In this document: positions 37,511 to 44,104 of the stretch, in pieces | How positions within the stretch are numbered: the stretch's first letter is position 1 | How the letters are laid out: every line of letters begins with the position of its first letter | Assembly (NCBI GenBank): GCA_943704425.1 | Contig: CALSCP010001830.1 | Location: 1-44,104 of the forward strand | Length of the DNA: 44,104 nucleotides | Reading direction: 5' to 3' | From: Ministeria vibrans ATCC 50519 | Taxonomy: Eukaryota > Protista > Filasterea | Notes under the pieces: model-generated | What the model was told of the DNA's origin: nothing | Database searches by the model: none | What the model saw: the letters and a program-made list of their open reading frames with translations, nothing else | Translations under genes and position numbers: made by a program

Positions 37511-39154
37511 TCATATCTCATCGTCGCACGCCAGGCCATGCTCGACATTGAAGCAACTGCGTCCCCCAAAGTGGCAGTAGCCGACCTTGCACTGAGCGCA
37601 GATGCTCGACGTCTTTGACATGCAGCCAGGGCGGCGGCAGCGCAGTTGTTTAGCATAGCCCCTCCTGTCCAAGTCGGGGTTCCTCACAAGAGTGTGTGTC
37701 TCTGTCTTGCGGCGCTTGAAGGCGTCCTGGTCGCCACTGTTCGGGCCTGGTCGCTTCCGTGTGCGCCGCTCGTCTTGCTGGCGTGCCTCCTTCGTCAGCT
37801 CCTCGATAACCAGGCGGCGATAGTCGTCTAAAGCCAGAGATCGTGCGTTGACCACTTCCGAGTTCTTGTAGACAATAAAACCGTTGATGAGGCAAACGTC
37901 AAGCAAGAAGAAGAAGACACACTTCCACCACTTGACACTTTTCATGTACGACGGACGCTGCCACCGGTACTGGTCATGGCGGTCGACTCCGTTCATGTTG
38001 TTGTTGTAGTCAGAAAGCATTACGGGGCGCTTCTCGCCCGTGCGTGGCGCAATATCCTCAGACATGTCGCGACGGACGGACGTCATCATGTACACAGGCT
38101 TCTTGTCATACACACTCACAGCAGCAGTCGTCTTCGTGTCGTTGAGCGCCACTACAATGGTGCCGCGAACTTCCCTGCGTCGCTCTACGTTGGTTTCCTC
38201 TTTTTGATGAACCGCCTTGGGAGGCTTGCGACTCGTGCCGAGTGCGTATTGCTTCTTGGCGCGTAGCTGCTCGAGGAGTTCCTCGTAAATGTAGAGATTG
38301 TCCATGTAGATGATGTGACCCTGGTTGCGTAGCTGATCGGCGAGCCACAAGGTCCGAGCGCGCCGACCGCTGGTAATGCGGGCTCTCCTGTCGACTTGGG
38401 CGCCTGTGTTGTCCGCCTCAAAGACGAAAGCATAGCAGTAGCCGGTTGTACTGCAGCACAGCGCATCAACGCGCAGAGCTCCTCCAGCTCCGTGCGGTTT
38501 GCTCTTGAAGAGGTGCAGGAATTTGCAGCGCCCCTTGAACGGAACAGTCATTTCGCAGATCGCCACCTCAACACCGACGTGGTAGCGAGCGAGACAATTC
38601 GCCAAGACTTCTTCCACCATAAAGCGCGTATGATGAAGATTGTCACGATTGTCGGCTTTATTGACGTCGGAGACGTGAAGGTAGCGCAGGATCGTTTTGA
38701 ATCGGTCGCGGGGCGATTTCGGTCGCGAGTTTGTCAGAGAAGAAGAATTTGAAGCAGCTCAACGGTGTTTTCGAGTCTCGCTGATGAAAAATCGGTCCCC
38801 GCCGCACGGCGATCTCGCGGATGTTGGGTATGGGTTTGAGATTGCGGAAGACTTGAGTTTTGTCGTCTGGAATTGTCTCGCAGAGCCAGGTGGTGGGTTT
38901 TCGTTTCTTGGTCGCGGTTGCGTTGCAGTCGACGGTCCCGCCTCTTCGTCCTCCTCCTCCTCCTCCTCCTCCTTAACCTCCTCCTCCTCCTCCTCATCCT
39001 CCTCCTCAGATACCATCTCACCATCATCACTATCACACTCGTCGTCAGAGAAGTTGTCGCGACGGTCGATCTCGTCGAGCTGTTCGTCTTCCTCCTGCGC
39101 CTGAAGCATCATTGCACCTAGCAATGCAGATGCATCACGACGTCCTCGCTCCAT
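37511..39154 (-). mobile_element. Degenerate piggyBac (PGBD) transposase gene
   Basis: Acidic N-terminus; TPLSCFKFFFSD, RDRFKTILRYLH, ICEMTVPFKGR, IYMDNLY, YNNNMNGVDRHDQ, KWWKCVFFFLLDVCLINGFI; Cys-rich C-terminus. Frameshifts at ~38920 and ~38712. No terminal inverted repeats identified. Confidence 0.88.
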
Positions 39155-39372
39155 GGTACACTGAGACAAAAGTTTGAACGAATTTCGAACGAGAATGGGT
39201 CCGCGAAAACGCTGAAAAGCTTCTTTTCGCGCCATATCCAAAGGGAAAAAAGTTGTCCGAGATTTCTCGTACATTCTCAAATTGTGTTCTTAATTTAAGA
39301 CAAACGTCACCCGTTATATAAAATAAAAGAAATAAAAATACAGGGATGTACAATTGATACAGTCATGTTGTG

Positions 39373-41311
39373 TTACTCCGCGTCTGAGTCGTCGCCGTCG
39401 CCGTCGTCGCCGTCAGGCTTCTTTTGGGCGGCGTTGACCGAGTCGGCAATCACCGTGATGCGTCGCAAGAGGGGCTTGTCAAAGTCGTAATTCTGGAAGG
39501 ATTTGGCGCGTTTGAGAAGGGCGCGCGACTCGGCATAGTCATGTTGCTTCAGACGAATCTCGGCAAGCTCAACGAGAGCATGGGGCACGGCATAGACCTC
39601 GACGCCAACGCAGTCAGCAAGGTGGAGCAGCGACACTCGCTGGAGGCGCGCCACAGCCTCGTCGAGACGTCCGAGGCGGTGCAGGACCACACCACTCAGG
39701 TAGACGCAGACGGATGCTTCGCTCTCGTTCTGCACGTCCGCATCAAAGAGTACAAGACCACTAGCCTGCGCCTGCTCGCAGCGCTCCCACGCCTGCTCGT
39801 GGCGCTTAAGGTGCAAGAGCGAATCGAGTTCGATAGCGAGCGCCTGCACGGGGCGCAGATGACCGTCCTGCTGGCGCAGGAGAGATGCTTGTCGCAAGGC
39901 GAATGTGTCGAAGGTGAAGTGGTTGCGCACGGCGGGCGCAACGAGCTCGGTCGCAGCACGGGCGTCGTCGGGGCGACCACAGAGAGCATGACAATTGGCA
40001 AGCTGATAGGCAGCAAAGGCTCGGTATGAGCGGCCCTGGAAGCAGGCGAGGAAGCGTGCGAGTGCGTCGGCCGCTGCGTCGTATGCGCCGTCGAGGTAGT
40101 GGCAGTAACCCTGCTCGTAGAGGCCAATGTGGCGCAGTGACTCGGTATCGGTCGAAAGTGCACACACCCGCTCAAATCGCATGAGCGCGAGAGGGACGTT
40201 GCCCGCGAGACGTGCGGCGTAGCCACCGAGGAAGAGCAGCAAAGGACTGTCCGGGTAGCGCTCGTGCGCCTCGAGAAAGAGCCGTTCGGCCGCTGCGTAG
40301 TCTTTGGTGTAAAACTCTTCGATCCAGACAAGGAGCACGGCCGCAAGGTATGACGGGCTTTCTTGCAGGTCGTAGCACTGGCGCAGCTGCGAACGACCAA
40401 GATCACGACGGCCCTGTATGTACAAAGTTCCATCAGAATGTGTGTGCTCAGCGTGAGTATGTGCTTGGTGCTTAGTGTTGCGTATGTGTATGTGTATGTG
40501 TGCGTGTATGTGTACGTGTTTGGTGCTTGGGGTGTTCTTAGTGATTTGTGTTGTGTGTGTGTGTGTGTGTGTTTGTTTGAGTGTGTGTATGTATGTATGT
40601 GCATGTGGTGTGAGTAGTGTGATACCCTGAAGCCCAGCGCCTCGACGACAAAGCGGAAGTGTTTTGGGACAAAGGAGACGAAGAAGTGAAAGGCGCCCAG
40701 GCCGAAGAGGGTCGTCGCCCGCACATGGGCTGTTGCCCAGGCGGGATCCTTTTCCAGCCGGCCCATTAGCTGCTGGAAGCGTTTCCACGTGCCGTGGAGT
40801 TTGAGGGCACCCGTGATGTACGAGCCATTGCGCAGGAGCAGAAGAGACTCGAAACACGAAAGTTGCGCCATGTTCGCGCAGGATTGCGCCATGTTGGATA
40901 TGGGGGAAGAACGACGGCCAGTGACGAGGCGGAGTGCTTTGGACGCCTACAATAAAGCCAGGGAGCGGGTTGGTCGATGGATTGGGGGCAGAGAGGGGGC
41001 GCAGGGAGGGGGGAAAGGGGCGAGGGGGAATGGGGCCAGCGAACTTACGACACTTCGGAAGAGCGAGCAGGACTCGTCGGCCATGCTCTCGGCGGTCTTC
41101 ACAGCCTCACGCGCCACATGCACGTCGTGTTCGTCTTCACTGATGATTGCGCGCCAGAAGAGCACCTGCATAAGGCTCTGTGAGCGACAGTGGTGCGGTT
41201 GTTTACTATGATTCTCACCTCAGCATTCGAGACGAGCCAAGACGCGTCTTGCGCGTTTTCAAGACCTTCATTAATGTGAAGTTGCCGCGAGGCAGTTGCA
41301 GGGTCTCTCAT
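39373..41311 (-). CDS. TTC39: Tetratricopeptide repeat protein 39-like (IML2 family), multi-exon
   Basis: SYITGALKL, FGLGAFHFFVSFVP..FRFVVEALGFR|GRRDLG, YPDSPLLLF, VPHALVELA, AKSFQNYDFD. Confidence 0.8.
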
Positions 41312-41530
41312 GGACAATATTTATGATCAACAAAAATCAATACAAATCATAATAATTATTATAATTATAACGATTGCATTGAAAATGGTGCAAATGCCGA
41401 ATTTATTTATTACTTTTACGATCGATTGCAAGAATTATTATTATTATTATTAATAATATTATTATAAATGTATTCATAATTAATAGTACAACACAACGAC
41501 AATAACAGTGTCGTTGGGGGTTTCAGAATA

Positions 41531-42455
41531 TTACACGTTGAGGACACGAACAAACATGTGCTCGAGCTGATGATCACTGAGGATTGCCTTGAGCTGAGAC
41601 ATTCTGGACGACGAGACGGCACTTGAACCAACGGCCGTTGACTCATCCAAGTCGAGCATGTCTAGCGGTCCGGTAAATCGCGCCTCAACCGCTGTGCCGG
41701 ACTCTCGCTCACGCACCGTCATGCGCTGCCACGAGAGCCGTCGTACGCGCCGAGTGAAATCATCCACTGCCTCTGCGGGACCCTCAAGACACGCCACACC
41801 GGGTTTTCCCACGAGGATGAAGCCAGACAGGTGACATTCGGCGGCCCACTGCGCAAGCTGGTGCTTCTTCGTCTTGGAGTAAATATGATGAAAGTAGATC
41901 CACTGGCGCACAAACGACGACTCAACCGTCTCTTTCGTTTCTGGGAGTATCTCTGGCGGCACATCGCCGTCGCCAGCAGCAGCGTCATGGCTGGAAGGGA
42001 GCAGAGCTGCCAGCTGCTCCTGGATGAGCGCGACCGCCTGCGTCGCACTTGGGTCCCCAAGCGACTCGGCAAAGAACTGGCGCACCGTTCCGTGCAATTC
42101 ATCATGCTGCGACCTGCTCAGCCCGTCGCACCGCACGCTCATGGTGGGCGGCGCAGCGTCGGGATATGCGGTGGGAAGGGAAAAGGCAATGTGCGCGACT
42201 GACCCGCCAGCGACGCACAGCTCCCCTTCGCCCCCCAGCGCCATTTCCTCAAAGTACGCGCTCGAGTCCCTTTCGTACGCCTCGCACATGCGGCGGGCAT
42301 CTTCGCGGCGCCGTTCGGGGCACTGCGAGTGAGAGAGAGGGGCTGTGAGTGAGAGCTGTTGCGCTCAGACCAAACAGATTGACAACCTTGAAATTGTCTA
42401 ATATTTCACTCAGCAAGTCCACATCGGCCAGCCTGGCCAACTGACGATCAAGCAT
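41531..42455 (-). CDS. RWDD2: RWD domain-containing protein 2 (RWD + DUF1115), 2 exons
   Basis: FSLPTAYPDAAPP (RWD YP motif), WIYFHHIYSKTKK, LSGFILVGKPGVACLEG, VRRLSWQ. Confidence 0.82.
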
Positions 42456-42570
42456 GGCGCATAGAGAGGCAAGGTTGAAAAGCGCAGGAAAAAAAATAAG
42501 ACCTAAGAGCTTCAAAATATTTTCATAAACATCCAAGAAAATAGAAATTAATTACATCAAATTTAATCAA

Positions 42571-44013
42571 ATGCGCAGCGCCCTTGTCGTGGTCTGCCTT
42601 GCATTGTATTGGACTGGTAGTACAGCTAACAGCAACGACAGTGCTAACATGTATAATTCTTTGGTTTCAGTCGATCACTGAAACTTAAAATTGTGGTGAT
42701 AGAGAGAACGACAATGGTCACATTCACCTCATACCAGCGGGATCGGGCGCTGTCCACTCCACTGGGGACATATACGTGCTTGATGGAAAGGTGATGACGC
42801 TCAAGGAGGTGAACGAGACACTTGCAGTGCTGCTGGCTCAGATTGAGTCTCTGGAGGCGACGCTCGCCGCTTGCCCGAGCTGTGCGGCGCCCACGCTGCC
42901 GTGTGCGTCGTCTCCTTGCCTCCATCTTGCCACGTGTGTTGATACAAGCGCAAGCACGTACACCTGTGCGTGTGCGCCGGGCTACACGGGCGCCCTGTGT
43001 GACACCTTCACGGCGACTGCCTTCCAGACCATCTGGAATCCGCAGACGGGCGATTTTGCGGCACCACTGGCCGGCCTCAATCAAATCCGCCTGCCTCTGC
43101 ACGAGACGGGAACGTACAACTTTGTTGTCAGCTGGGGCGACGGCACGAACAGCACTATTACACATTGGAACCAGAGCGAGGTGATTCACACGTACAACGT
43201 CAGCGTGTCTGCTGTAACCGTGGACATCCACGGTACGCTTGTAGGTTGGGCCTTCTCCGACCAAAACGACGCGATCAAGCTTGAAGAAGTTACACAGTGG
43301 GGTGCGCTGCGTCTGGGCAATACGGGCAGCTACTTTTACAATTGCATCAACATGGACGTGAGCGCAACGGACACGCTGGATCTCACGGGCACCACGACGC
43401 TTGTTCACGCCTTCCGCAACTGTGTCTCTTTCACCGGCACCTCGTTGTCGTCGCTTGATGTCAGCCAAGTCACCGATACCAGCTCGATGTTCCAGGGCTG
43501 CCAGAATCTGGCTGCAGGAACTGATTTGTCACTCTGGGACGTAGGAAACAAAAATGCGCAAGGAGCGATATCTATCTCACAGTCTCACACCAAAATTGTT
43601 TGAATGGACTTTTAGGTGAGTCGTGTAGCGTCGATGGCATGGATGTTCTCGGGGACCATGATGTTCTCAGGGGCGTCGGTGGCGGGCTGGGACGTGTCAC
43701 GCGTGACGACGCTGCGGCACTTTGCGTCGTCGACAAGCGTCTTCAACCCTAATCTTAGTGGCTGGAACACCTCCAGTGTAGTCGACATGTCACTCGCCTT
43801 CCGTCTTGCGACCGGGTTCAATGGCGACGTGACCAACTGGGACACACGCAATGTCGCCGATATGACGTCCATGTTCTTTGGCGCCTCCATTTTCAATCGG
43901 GACCTCAGCGGATGGTGCGTCCAGTCCCTCTCCGCTCCGACCGGCTTTGACACCAACACACCCAAATGGGCCCTCTCTCGTCCCCTCTGGGGCACCACTT
44001 CCTCATGTAGCAC

Positions 44014-44017
<4 letters not shown>
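42571..44017 (+). CDS. Secreted protein: signal peptide, beta-rich segment, coiled coil, EGF-like domain, WGDG (PKD-like) segment and BspA/DUF285 repeats; 3 exons
   Basis: Exon 1 MRSALVVVCLALYWTGSTA (42571-42650); introns 42651-42702 and 43541-43615. EGF CASSPCLHLATC..TCACAPGYTGALC. Repeats WDVSRVT, WNTSSVVDMS.AF, WDTRNVADMTSMF, FNRDLSGWCV. Confidence 0.85.

Positions 44018-44104
<87 letters not shown>
44017..44104. repeat. (AG)n microsatellite at the window edge
   Basis: Pure ag run. Confidence 0.95.

Noticed and set aside
37270-39370. Candidate piggyBac TIRs with TTAA target sites
   Set aside because: TTAA sites exist on both sides, but no matching inverted repeat pair was found next to them.

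Overview
This is gene-dense, intron-rich eukaryotic nuclear DNA with short GT-AG introns full of (CT)n/(CA)n microsatellites and two N-gaps. The gene set (Inturned, POMGNT1, cyclin Q, TTC39, an EGF domain) suggests a flagellated unicellular holozoan such as a choanoflagellate; this is inference. Genes in order: POMGNT1-like (-, runs off the left edge), orphan GOLD-domain exons (+), GNA1 (-), BTAF1/MOT1 (+), eRF3 (-), ALYREF (+), UNC-93-like MFS transporter (-, 5' half absent), orphan last exon of NOP56 (+), GH105 (-), GH27 (-), mitochondrial-type MetRS (+), NTF2-like (-), cyclin Q-like (+), MECR (-), Inturned (-), ARP4/ACTL6 (+), THOC2 (-), a decayed piggyBac transposase (-), TTC39 (-), RWDD2 (-), and a secreted coiled-coil/EGF/BspA-DUF285 fusion (+). 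The best novelty candidates are: an unidentified ~300-nt structured element between MECR and INTU with a two-fold symmetric internal loop, a TATA box and a T-run; the EGF plus bacterial-type BspA chimera; a Sup35-like Q/Y/G/P-rich N domain on eRF3; and two abrupt gene junctions at a shared intronic minisatellite, which may be misassembly or rearrangement. All assignments come from motif recognition by eye; no database searches were run.
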